64,000 bases of DNA from Naegleria gruberi (lineage: Eukaryota), in the NCBI GenBank assembly GCA_000004985.1, contig GG738850.1; one strand, written 5' to 3'. Position 1 is the first letter of the stretch. The number at the start of each line of letters is the position of its first letter. The notes under the pieces are model-generated. The model had not been told where the DNA came from and did not search any database. It saw nothing but the letters and a program-made list of their open reading frames with translations. Below, in pieces: positions 1 to 9,706 of the stretch. A program made the position numbers and the translations under genes.

Positions 1-3000
1 CCCTTCACCTCTCGGATGTCAAATTGTTCCACAACCAAATTTTCTCTCACTACAAGTGGCATCAATTTTCATATCTTCTATTCGTGGTAATGATTATTTA
101 ACACAATCATTGAATAATTCATCATCATTAATTAGTAATAAGTGTAATTTCATCAATAATCCATGTCACTCAATTTCACATGCCTTGTCTCAGTTGAGTA
201 ACACAACATGTGTAATTAATCCTTGTACTGGATATGTATTATTTTTATTGGATGATTTATTGGATGATGAAGCAAAGAGTTGTAATTTGGAAATTCCAAC
301 TTCAATTCCAATCATGTTTTATGGAGTTGGTTCAAGTAAAAATTGGAAGTGTGTTTCGAATAGCATATTTAAAGAAGGAAATAATGTATTGTATCAGGGA
401 TTCTTTATCTCAAATGTGAAAATTAGTGGAAATTTCAATTTACGAGTTTGTTTATTGTATTTTGTAAATTCAATTGCATTTAATTTTAGATTTTCCAACA
501 AGTATTTCTTGTAAGTTTCGTTTTTTATTTCTTTTAAAATATAATTGGAATAGTACAATATTTTTTCACACTTCACAACTATTAGAAAGTGTAATTGAAG
601 AAACAAGTCAAGACATAACTTATTGGAATATAATGAGATATAGTTCTTTATCATTTCTTAGTTCTACAGTTAACAAAACTAAAATTAAGTCCTATGCTAA
701 AGTTAGTTTTTCCTCATCTAATGTCACTAGCACTGAAAGCACGACAATACTAGCAACGAGCATGTTTCTCGATTCCTATGTAATTCCATTTGCTTTAGTT
801 TTTGACTCGTTATTGGAAAGCTCAAGCTTTACGTTTGAGTGGAAAACTGCATCATGTATTACATATGACAAACAACCACAATTTGGATTTTTTAATTCAA
901 AGCTCATTAATTCAAAGATTTTTTCATTCAATTTTGGAAGATTAGTTTTGGATAATAATTTATTTACAGGTACGAGTCAAATTCTATTAAGAAACAGTAT
1001 TCCTTGTGACAAGGCAATAGATGTCACAAGAAATGTATTTGAAAGTCTTCCTGACCTTTCTACATTATTAATACAGGATACGATTGCAATTTTGCTATTT
1101 TCTGGAAATTCAATTAGAAATTTTAATGTAGCTTTTGGATTATTTCATTTTAATACCTTAGCAGTGGTTAAATTTGAAAATAATATTGTTACTGGAATGA
1201 TTATGCCACAAATTGCTCTAACAAATTCTGGACTATTTACATTCGAAAAAATTAACAATATTGCTACTTTTAATAATACTTTTATTGGTAATGTAGGATA
1301 TTATGGATCGTACTATTTTAAAGAATGTGGAAATATTTTGATTATGAATGACAAGTTTTCAAATAATAAGGCAATTATTGGAGGAGCTATTTATGATTCC
1401 AATAATGGTTTTGGTAGATCGGTCAATGTTACAAATTCAATATTTTCCAACAATTATGCAAGTTATGGAGGTGTTATTGGAACAAGTTTAGTGAATGTAA
1501 ATCTCTATTTCACTGGAAATACATTCGAAAATAATAGAGCCAAGTGGGGAGGAGCTATTTTAGCTGATATACCACCTTATTTTATGGATGGAATGTTACA
1601 ATCTAATCAATTTGTAAATAATACTATTGAATTTCAATCAGAAGAAAATAATATTGCTGGTAATCCTATATTTACTCTACTTTCACCTAATGGTACTCTA
1701 TTCTTATATCCAGGAGAATTGATTAATATAGAAGGAAGAGTAACAGACCTCTATGACAAGGTAATACCTTATAATTCAGATTTTAAAATTGATATTACTG
1801 CATCACAACCAAATGTAATGATATATAGTAGTGTGATTGCAAATCAGTTGACTAGTAAATCATTTAATATTTATTGGAAATATGGATTAGTAGGAGCTGA
1901 AACTGTTAATGCATTCTCTCAGTTTAATTTAACAATTTCAACTCGAATTCTGGATAAATCAACTTTTGGAAGAGTTATTGTAATGGTTAAGGAATGTCCA
2001 TCTGGATTCTCATTCATGAATGGTTATTTACTTGGAAATACCAATTCAAATCTATTCGAATGTTCACCCATTCCTCTAATTATGTCTCTGTCTATAGTTG
2101 GATCTTCCTTATTATTTGGATTCATTACTGTAGGAGTTCTGTGGTTGTGTATTAAAATCTATACCTCTATAAAACCATATAGAACAGCCAAGCAACAAAC
2201 CATGATGGTTCTTTCCATGCAAAAACCTCAAAATGAAATAGCAAAGAAAGTGAAAATATTCGATCAAGAATTGGAAACTAAATTAAGCAGATTATTAATG
2301 AATGCAGAAAATTATACTGTTTTGAAAAGTAATGATATGGTGGAAGTTGTTTCATTCACTTCTAATTGGGAGAAATATGTTTTAAAGATTGACAAATCTC
2401 AGAGAAGAGAAGTTCGATTGAATGAGGAATATTCTGCAGTACCGTAAGTAGTTGTTATTTTGATTTAACCTTTGATTTTGAAAGAGTTGAATTGGTTGAT
2501 ACGAATGAGGCAAAACAATTTATTGCGAATGCAGAGTATTACTTTGTTATTCCTGGTGATAATAATGAGAAAACAAGATTTTTGGGAATTGATATCAAAA
2601 ACAGATCTGTTTTTCATCCTTGTTTGATATTTAGAGGTGCAGATTTTGATCTATCTCACTATTTGTCTGTTTTTGGTCATTTTAGTAAGAGAATTGAAGA
2701 AAAAATTGATATTTTACAACAAATTGTAAGTAATATTTCTCAACCAATTGATTACTAACGTCTCGTAGGTAAAACCAATGAAATGGCTTCATTCCAATAA
2801 CATATTCCATCGCGATTTGAAACCTGCAAATATTTTTGTTTGGTGGGATGTTGGAAAGAAGCCAATTTTAAAAATTGGTGATTTTGGAGCTAGTAGCAGT
2901 AATTATGTTTTAGAAGGAACATATCCATATATAGCTCCTGAACTAATTAATGAAAATGATTTGAATGAATTAAGCATTTATCATTCTCGTATGGAGTGGT

Positions 3001-3464
3001 TTGCTCCTGCAGATGTTTATTCATTCTCAGTCATAATGTGGGACGTATTATTTGAGGACAATTCAAGATTTATCAGACATTTCAGAATGAAAAAGTATTC
3101 CAATGATGATTTCTCCATTAACATGCCAACATTGGAGATGTTACTAGAATATTGTGAAAAGGAAAATAGATTTGAACTCAACCCAAAGATAGAATTAGCC
3201 AAACAATTGGAAAATTATTTGGAAATATTCAAGAGATGTAACAGTGAGGATCCAACAAAAAGACCAACGTTTGAATTTATTGAAAAGGCATTGAATGGAG
3301 AGGTAGAGAATTGGAATTCCTATCCAACCTATTCTAGAATTAAGGAATCAATAGATGTTGACTCGTCCCATTATTATCATCGTGACAATGGTTCGAACTC
3401 TAATTTTGTTAAAATTGGATCAGATAATGAGGAGTTAATTGAAACTGAGTATACCAGATATTAA
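1..3464 (+). CDS. Receptor-like protein kinase, 5'-partial. Extracellular right-handed beta-helix (Pmp/PbH1-like repeats), one TM helix, cytoplasmic kinase domain. Exons about 1..510, 554..2443, 2485..2725, 2769..3464.
   Basis: The frame is open to the window start. Donors GTAAGT at 511, 2444 and 2726 with AG acceptors at 552-553, 2483-2484 and 2767-2768 restore one reading frame across three ORF-track pieces. Ectodomain repeats include GGAIYDSNNG, YGGVIGTS and WGGAILAD, with many NxS/T sites. TM segment is IMSLSIVGSSLLFGFITVGVLWLCIKIY. Kinase motifs are YVLKI (beta3-like), HRDLKPANIF, DFG and YPYIAPE. No GxGxxG loop was found. Confidence 0.6.
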
Positions 3465-3610
3465 GCTTATAAAATGTCTGACTTGATCTGTGAAGTTCCT
3501 TCAAATTATTATAAACGTGAGAATTAGCCTTAAATACAAGGGTATTTTCATGCTCAATAAGGTGGCCCACGCATATTAAGTTTAAGGGTTATTGAAAATT
3601 ATTGAATGTA

Positions 3611-3683
3611 GCCCGTCTAGCTCAGTCGGTAGAGCGCAAGGCTCTTAACCTTGTGGTCGTGGGTTCGACCCCCACGGTGGGCG
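3611..3683 (+). tRNA. tRNA-Lys(CTT): tRNA-Lys (anticodon CTT), 73 nt, no intron
   Basis: GCCCGTCTAGCTCAGTCGGTAGAGCGCAAGGCTCTTAACCTTGTGGTCGTGGGTTCGACCCCCACGGTGGGCG. The cloverleaf is canonical with A and B boxes, anticodon loop gCT-CTT-AAc, and T-loop GGTTCGA. A T-run (TTTTGTTTT) lies immediately downstream as a Pol III terminator. Confidence 0.95.
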
Positions 3684-3846
3684 ATTTCGTTTTGTTTTGA
3701 ATTGGGAATCAGTCATATAATGCGTTAAGTTTTTATCTGAATGGCTTTAAATTTTGTTCATTCCAACCTCTTGGCGGAGATATCATTAGTCTATTTAAAG
3801 AATATTAAAAAGGCTATTATTAATTTAATTTAATTATTTTAAAAAA

Positions 3847-5174
3847 ATGAAACGACGAGCAAGTAGGAATAATCTGCAAGACAATAAAAAAGTGGAGACT
3901 CCTAAAAAGAGTACACCACCAGTAGTAGTGGATAATATTTCGGATCAGGCTTTATCAGAGTCAAGTATAAAAGCAATACAAAAATTAGCTGGACAATTAG
4001 CGAGCGGGAAGAAACTTTTATTTGTGACTGGAGCAGGTATTTCGCAAATATCAGGTAAATATTTATTATAATTGATGGATACGAACTGTTTTGGAATTTT
4101 ATATTGGATATAAATTATTTTGAAATTAATTTAGGAATTCCAACATATAGAGGAGATGCCAATTCAATTTGGTCGAATCATATTCTTGATATGGGTACTA
4201 GGAAAATGTTTCAAAGGGATGAATTACATTGGTACAATTCATTTTGGTTGACAACCCATCACAAGAGAGAATATTTTGTTGCCAAACCAAATGAAGGACA
4301 TTTAGCTATTGCGAGATTGAGTAAATTATGTAATTTGAGATGTATTACACAGAATATTGATCATTTACATTCAAAAACATCTCTATCACCATCCCATATA
4401 ATAGAGGTTCATGGTAGATTAGGTCTTTATAAGTGTATTAATTCTAGAAAAAAGAATCCTTGTCCATATGCCAAAACACATAGTATTGATACAGTACAAT
4501 TGGAAAAGCATAGTAATGATTATCATCAAAATAAGCCCACTTTTACCATCAAATCAGTACCAAAATGTCCCTTCTGTAAAACTCTTCTCCTTCCACAAGC
4601 CCTCTTATTTGATGAGAAATATGAATCACATGATTTTTATCAATGGAGAAAAGCACTGCAATGGATTGCTGATTGTGAAGTCATTTGTTTTGTAGGAACA
4701 TCATTTTCTGTAGGTGTTACAGCTGAATGCTTGTCAATTGCCAAGGACAATGACAAAACCCTCTACAATTTTAATATTAGGGTAGATAAGGAGGTTAAAA
4801 ATCTTCCAGGAATGTATCATATTGTAGGAAAATCTGAAATTTCACTTCCATTCTTATTTAATACATTGGTGGAAATTGGGAAGAGTCAACATTTATCTCA
4901 CAAGCCACGAATGCACTTTTATTCGAGCCAATATTCAAGTACACACAAAGTGGTGAAAAGAACTAATCTGAAAAGACTACAAAGAAACAGTAAAGTCATT
5001 CACAGTGATGATGAGCAACAGCAGCCTGTTGAAGAGCATGAATATGATAGTGACCATGAGAGAATCTCTAAAAAGATCAAATTCAAGGAGTACTCTTCCA
5101 GTGATGATGGTGCTAGTTCTAGTGAGGAAGGAGAAACTGAGGAAGAATTTGACGATTCCGATGAGGATTATTAA
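3847..5174 (+). CDS. Sir2-family NAD-dependent protein deacetylase (sirtuin), 2 exons: 3847..4054 and 4135..5174
   Basis: Exon 1 ends ...FVTGAGISQIS with donor GTAAAT at 4055. Acceptor TTTAG ends at 4134. The splice regenerates GAGISQISGIPTYRG, the GAGIS..SGIP.FR Rossmann motif. QNIDHLH and a CPYA...CPFC zinc ribbon are present. The tail is acidic and S/E/D-rich. Confidence 0.8.
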
Positions 5175-5435
5175 AAGAGCATGCTATAGAAACAAATATC
5201 TGAACCACACTACAGTAAGCTTTGTAAACAACTCCAATTTCCTTATAGTAACATTGCCAATCTCGCTAAAATTTCTGTTTTTAAATTTTCCACAAGCAAT
5301 TGCCCGGAGCGAGTTGTGTTTCTTCGCGCTGATTATTTTAAAGCAAAAGAACCAAAAAGAAGTGAATCTTAACAATTTTTCAAACTCAAAAAAAAGAGAA
5401 GCAAACAACAAACACATACAACTTTCATAACAAAA

Positions 5436-6629
5436 ATGCAACAAGTTCATTTATGGCTCCGTGATGAAGTTAAACCATTCGAACAACGTACAGCTTTGAC
5501 TCCTTCCGATGCTGAAAAGTTGATCAAGGAATTTAATTTTAAAATTACAGTTGAAAAATCTGTTACTCGTGCCTTTGATGATGAAGAATATGTTAAAGTT
5601 GGTTGTCAATTAGTTGAATCAAATTCATGGATTACTCAAGCACCAAAACTTGAAGAAAATGATAATTTCTATATTTTGGGATTGAAAGAATTACCACTCG
5701 GAAATACTCAATTAGGTGATATTCAAGTTCCACACTTACTTTCTCAACGTCATATTTTCTTTGCTCACTGTTTCAAGAGACAATCTGATTGGAAAGATAC
5801 AATGAGTAGATTTGTTCAAGCTGAACCAAGACCAGGTCAAATTCTTGACTTGGAATTCCTTAATTTAGATAATGGTAGAAGAGTTGCTGCTTTTGGTTAT
5901 GCAGCTGGTTTTAATGGAATGGCAATGGGTTTACTTACTTATTGTAAACAAAAATTACATTCAAACGATTTGGAAGTTTTGAATGAAATTGTTAAACCAT
6001 TCAAGAATAGAACTGAACTTGTTAATCATATTAAGGATTTACTTTCTAAATTAGATCATACACCAAAATGTTTAGTTTTAGGAGCATTGGGTAGATGTGG
6101 AAGTGGAAGTGTTAAATGTGCTGAATTATGTGGAATTCCAGAAAGTCATTTAATTAAATGGGATTTGAATGAAACCAAAGCAGGTGGACCATTCCCACAA
6201 TTATCAACAGATGTTGATATTCTAGTTAATGATATTTATTTGAGTGGTGAAATTAAACCATTCTTAACAATGGAAATGGCACAAAAAGGTGATCGTAGAA
6301 TGAGTGTTTTCATTGATGTTTCATGTGATGTTACAAATCCATTCAATCCATTCCCAATTAATAATCAAGTTACAACATTTGATAGACCAGTTAGAAGAGT
6401 TGATAATACTAATAATCTTCCATTAGATGTTATTGCAATTGATCATTTACCAACAATGACTCCACAAGAATCATCAGATGAATTCTCAAATGCTTTGGTT
6501 ACTTATTTGGCTGAATTGAGAAATGTTAATTTTTCAAATGAACAAGGTGAAACTGAAGGTATTAGAGTTTGGTTACGTGCAAATCAATTATTTGAAAAGA
6601 AAGTTCAAGAATTTAAACAAGAATTGTAA
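5436..6629 (+). CDS. LYS1: Saccharopine dehydrogenase (NAD+, L-lysine-forming), LYS1-type, single exon, 397 aa
   Basis: N-terminus MQQVHLWLRDEVKPFEQRTALTPSDAEKLIKEFNFKITVEKS is co-linear with fungal Lys1 and with the animal LKR domain. The alanine-dehydrogenase/PNT-like fold is uninterrupted. Confidence 0.8.
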   Translation: MQQVHLWLRDEVKPFEQRTALTPSDAEKLIKEFNFKITVEKSVTRAFDDEEYVKVGCQLVESNSWITQAPKLEENDNFYILGLKELPLGNTQLGDIQVPHLLSQRHIFFAHCFKRQSDWKDTMSRFVQAEPRPGQILDLEFLNLDNGRRVAAFGYAAGFNGMAMGLLTYCKQKLHSNDLEVLNEIVKPFKNRTELVNHIKDLLSKLDHTPKCLVLGALGRCGSGSVKCAELCGIPESHLIKWDLNETKAGGPFPQLSTDVDILVNDIYLSGEIKPFLTMEMAQKGDRRMSVFIDVSCDVTNPFNPFPINNQVTTFDRPVRRVDNTNNLPLDVIAIDHLPTMTPQESSDEFSNALVTYLAELRNVNFSNEQGETEGIRVWLRANQLFEKKVQEFKQEL

Positions 6630-6758
6630 ATTGCTATAAAAAAACATTAAAAAACCTTTTGAAAATTATCCAAATTCATTTTAATATGTTGCTGTCAAAT
6701 GTTCTTTCACCACTCTCATTTCAAATCCTTGTCAATTATAAATTCCATAAGATAAAAA

Positions 6759-9656
6759 ATGTCTTTTAATCAATTATTACCTCCCACACTAAAACCTAGA
6801 TCCTACAGTGCTACCAATTCTAAGAATGCTACACCTACTTCCAATACACCACTTTCACCTGTCATTACCATTGAAAATGATTCATCATCATTACCTTCAT
6901 CATCATCACAAGCAATGAATCAACAACATCAATCTAATACTACCACTACCACTACTACTACTCAACAACAACAACAACCAACTAGTGCACGTACAGGTCA
7001 TCGTCGATTACCCAGTTCCTTCCTATTACCTTCTACAGCAGCAGGAGTAGGAGGTGCAACTTCATCATCTTCACTTGCTATTTCTCCACTAACAGGTGCA
7101 AGTGCAAGTGTATCATCATCATCATCATCATTGAATAATAACAATTTATTAATGTCCAGTGGAACACCACAATCACCCTCTCCTAATACTACCTCCATGA
7201 TGATGATGTATCACTTTAATACCTCATCCAATTCTCTACTAGTTGGTACACCAGGTAGTACAACAACAAGAACAAGAACACCCAACAGTCCTCCAACCAA
7301 CAACAGCAACAATAATAATTCAACAGCATCACTATTAATTCATCAAGGTAATAGTAGTAATGTTGCAGGTGTTGCAGGTCAACAACAACAACAACAACAA
7401 CAACAACATCATCACTTTGTTCCTCCACTCATTCCACCAGTCTCTTTCAATGCACTATTCAATAATAATAATAACAACAACAACTCGACGGAAGAAAATA
7501 ACAAAATGATGAATGCTGGTGGATCATCATCAATAATTGGTCCACAACAGAGTGGTGGAATGACAACATCATCAAGTAGTGGAAATTTACTTTCCAATTC
7601 AGCAGGTAATTCATCATTTCAAAATCCAATTTCACACAATGTTGAATACTATCATGCTCATATGGCCATGTTTATAAAGAAAAAGTTTGAGGAAGAGGAG
7701 GAATATCTAATGTATTCATATCCGAATGAAATATCATCTCCCAATATACATATTAGATCATTAAAGGAATTGAGAGGTACATTACACTCTGTATTTGGTG
7801 AATGTAATGATATATTGAATGAACAAGTTAGATTTTGTTATTTAACACCAACTGGAAAGAGTGTTTCATCATCGTGGTGGAATGTTCATTCTAATACTAC
7901 TAATACTACTAATACTAATAGTGGCACAAATCATAATCCATTATCATCTGCATCCTCTTCTCATCAACATCAACATATTCATCAGGGTTCCATTGATAGC
8001 ATTTCAAGTCCAAATCAATCGACACCACTTCCATCATCTGTAAATTCAGCAACTTCTGCACTTCCTAATACTGATACCATTAATTCGACAAGTTCAATTC
8101 ATCATCATCATCAATCCATTCCATCCAATATATCATCATCCAATAATCCTACTATTACTACTACAATTGGTGTTAATGATACAATTTCACAAAAACCATC
8201 TCTATTAGAATTTTTACAAGAAAGTAAAAAGATTGAAAATGCAACAGAATTATCAAATGTTATTCAATTGAGAGAAACTATTGAAAAGAATAAGAGACCA
8301 CTTATTGTAACATACAAAATATTGAAACAGTATATATTTTTATTATATTTACCAATTCCAACTGATTACAATTATGGAAATGTAATGAAATCAGTTTATG
8401 AACAATATGTAAATGAATTATTTGAATTTTTAGATTTTATTTATCAAGATGTTGAAGAAATTATTACAAATATTTCAGATTATCAAAGTCAATTAGATAC
8501 AATATTTAATAGATTTTTTGAAATGGTATTTCATGATAGAGATTTTAGTTTTGTAAATAGTTTTCAAGATGGTTTTGTTAAATTTCAACCTTCTTTTCAT
8601 ATTTCTCAAACTATTGATGCTGAATTATCAAATTTAGAAACAATTATGAAAGAAGATTGTTTTAATATTGGAACTTGTTTAATTTATAAGGGTTTATTAC
8701 AATTATCTCATTTACCTAAAAATATTACAAAACAAGTAATTAGATATTTAACACATTTTAATATTATTCATAGAGCTCAAGATTCACCTGAAATGGTTAT
8801 TATTGAAAAGGTTTTTATTAAGGAAAATTCAAATCCTTTCGATTTATTAACAATTAATGAAACATCAGGTGATAATGGTTATGATTATTTATTATCTGTT
8901 ATTACTCAAGGTGAAAAAGTAATGTGTAGTGTTTTATATGCAAAGAGATATCCACAATCTTATTATGAAGGTGATTTATATTATGTTGATGAAATGAGAA
9001 CTTGTTTATTACAATTAGAAAAGAAGGGAATTTTTAGTCAACTTAGAGGTCAATTTAAAACTTCACATTCTTTAGCTAATGTTTTTTCAATTCCAACTGT
9101 TTCTGTAACTGCAAATACAGAATCATCAAGAGATAGTACAAGTGGTCTAGTTGGCTTAGGAAGTTTTACTTCAAATAGTTTTTATGGATTTGGACTAACA
9201 AATGATCATACAAGTCCAACAAGTTCTAATACTTCTAGTTCTTCTAGTAGTAATTCGAGTAATGAAACAATTATTGGATCTAACATGAAACATTTCGTCA
9301 CACAAGGACCTTACAATGTCTTGTTAGGTTATGTTGTCCATTCAAATTCGAATGGTGTAATTTTATATCATAATAGCAGTAATCCAGCTATTGCATCAGT
9401 TTTTTCTCTGAAATGTCAAGTTGTTAGACAAGTATTACAAAGTAAGAGATCAATGAGTGATGACCCTATCGTAGAATTTGGTATTCACATTGATCAGAAG
9501 GTGCCACTTCCAAACAATACTATTGGACATATTGGATATTGGATTTGTGGTAGAATGAATGATATGCTGGATGAATTTTATGTTTGTTATGAAGATTCTA
9601 TTCCTCAAGATGTTGTGGAATTATCTTATAGATTGTACAGTAGACTTTACATTTAA
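6759..9656 (+). CDS. Hypothetical protein, 965 aa. The N-terminal ~450 aa is S/T/N/Q/H-rich low complexity and the C-terminal ~500 aa is globular, possibly a tri-longin-type fold.
   Basis: Long uninterrupted ORF with the codon bias of neighbouring genes. It contains poly-T, poly-Q and poly-N runs. The C-terminal half has non-repetitive composition. The longin assignment is a guess from secondary-structure-like periodicity only. Confidence 0.45.
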   Translation: MSFNQLLPPTLKPRSYSATNSKNATPTSNTPLSPVITIENDSSSLPSSSSQAMNQQHQSNTTTTTTTTQQQQQPTSARTGHRRLPSSFLLPSTAAGVGGATSSSSLAISPLTGASASVSSSSSSLNNNNLLMSSGTPQSPSPNTTSMMMMYHFNTSSNSLLVGTPGSTTTRTRTPNSPPTNNSNNNNSTASLLIHQGNSSNVAGVAGQQQQQQQQQHHHFVPPLIPPVSFNALFNNNNNNNNSTEENNKMMNAGGSSSIIGPQQSGGMTTSSSSGNLLSNSAGNSSFQNPISHNVEYYHAHMAMFIKKKFEEEEEYLMYSYPNEISSPNIHIRSLKELRGTLHSVFGECNDILNEQVRFCYLTPTGKSVSSSWWNVHSNTTNTTNTNSGTNHNPLSSASSSHQHQHIHQGSIDSISSPNQSTPLPSSVNSATSALPNTDTINSTSSIHHHHQSIPSNISSSNNPTITTTIGVNDTISQKPSLLEFLQESKKIENATELSNVIQLRETIEKNKRPLIVTYKILKQYIFLLYLPIPTDYNYGNVMKSVYEQYVNELFEFLDFIYQDVEEIITNISDYQSQLDTIFNRFFEMVFHDRDFSFVNSFQDGFVKFQPSFHISQTIDAELSNLETIMKEDCFNIGTCLIYKGLLQLSHLPKNITKQVIRYLTHFNIIHRAQDSPEMVIIEKVFIKENSNPFDLLTINETSGDNGYDYLLSVITQGEKVMCSVLYAKRYPQSYYEGDLYYVDEMRTCLLQLEKKGIFSQLRGQFKTSHSLANVFSIPTVSVTANTESSRDSTSGLVGLGSFTSNSFYGFGLTNDHTSPTSSNTSSSSSSNSSNETIIGSNMKHFVTQGPYNVLLGYVVHSNSNGVILYHNSSNPAIASVFSLKCQVVRQVLQSKRSMSDDPIVEFGIHIDQKVPLPNNTIGHIGYWICGRMNDMLDEFYVCYEDSIPQDVVELSYRLYSRLYI

Positions 9657-9706
9657 TTTCCCCAATAAACTCTTTAATTTATTCAAACATCTTCTAGTTC
9701 AACTAC

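Noticed and set aside
56-58. ORF-track Met starts at 56, 2492, 15946, 18973, 44660, 60117, 63929 and elsewhere
   Set aside because: The underlying codons are GTG or TTG, so the track uses alternative starts. The frames stay open upstream. I treated these as internal exon sequence and not as initiators.
3465-3846. Possible tRNA-associated retroelement insertion next to tRNA-Lys, as in dictyostelids
   Set aside because: The flanks are short, unique and ORF-free, with no target-site duplication or RT-like coding. They are simply spacer plus Pol III signals.
5005-5450. Overlapping ORFs 5005..5430 (+) and 5184..5450 (-)
   Set aside because: They overlap the acidic tail of the sirtuin and the A-rich 5' leader of LYS1. 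Neither has domain content or local codon bias. They are most likely UTR or spurious.
7216-7597. Minus-strand ORFs encoding poly-V, poly-L and poly-C
   Set aside because: They are antisense to the poly-Q, poly-N and poly-T tracts of the 6759..9656 gene and are homopolymer artefacts.
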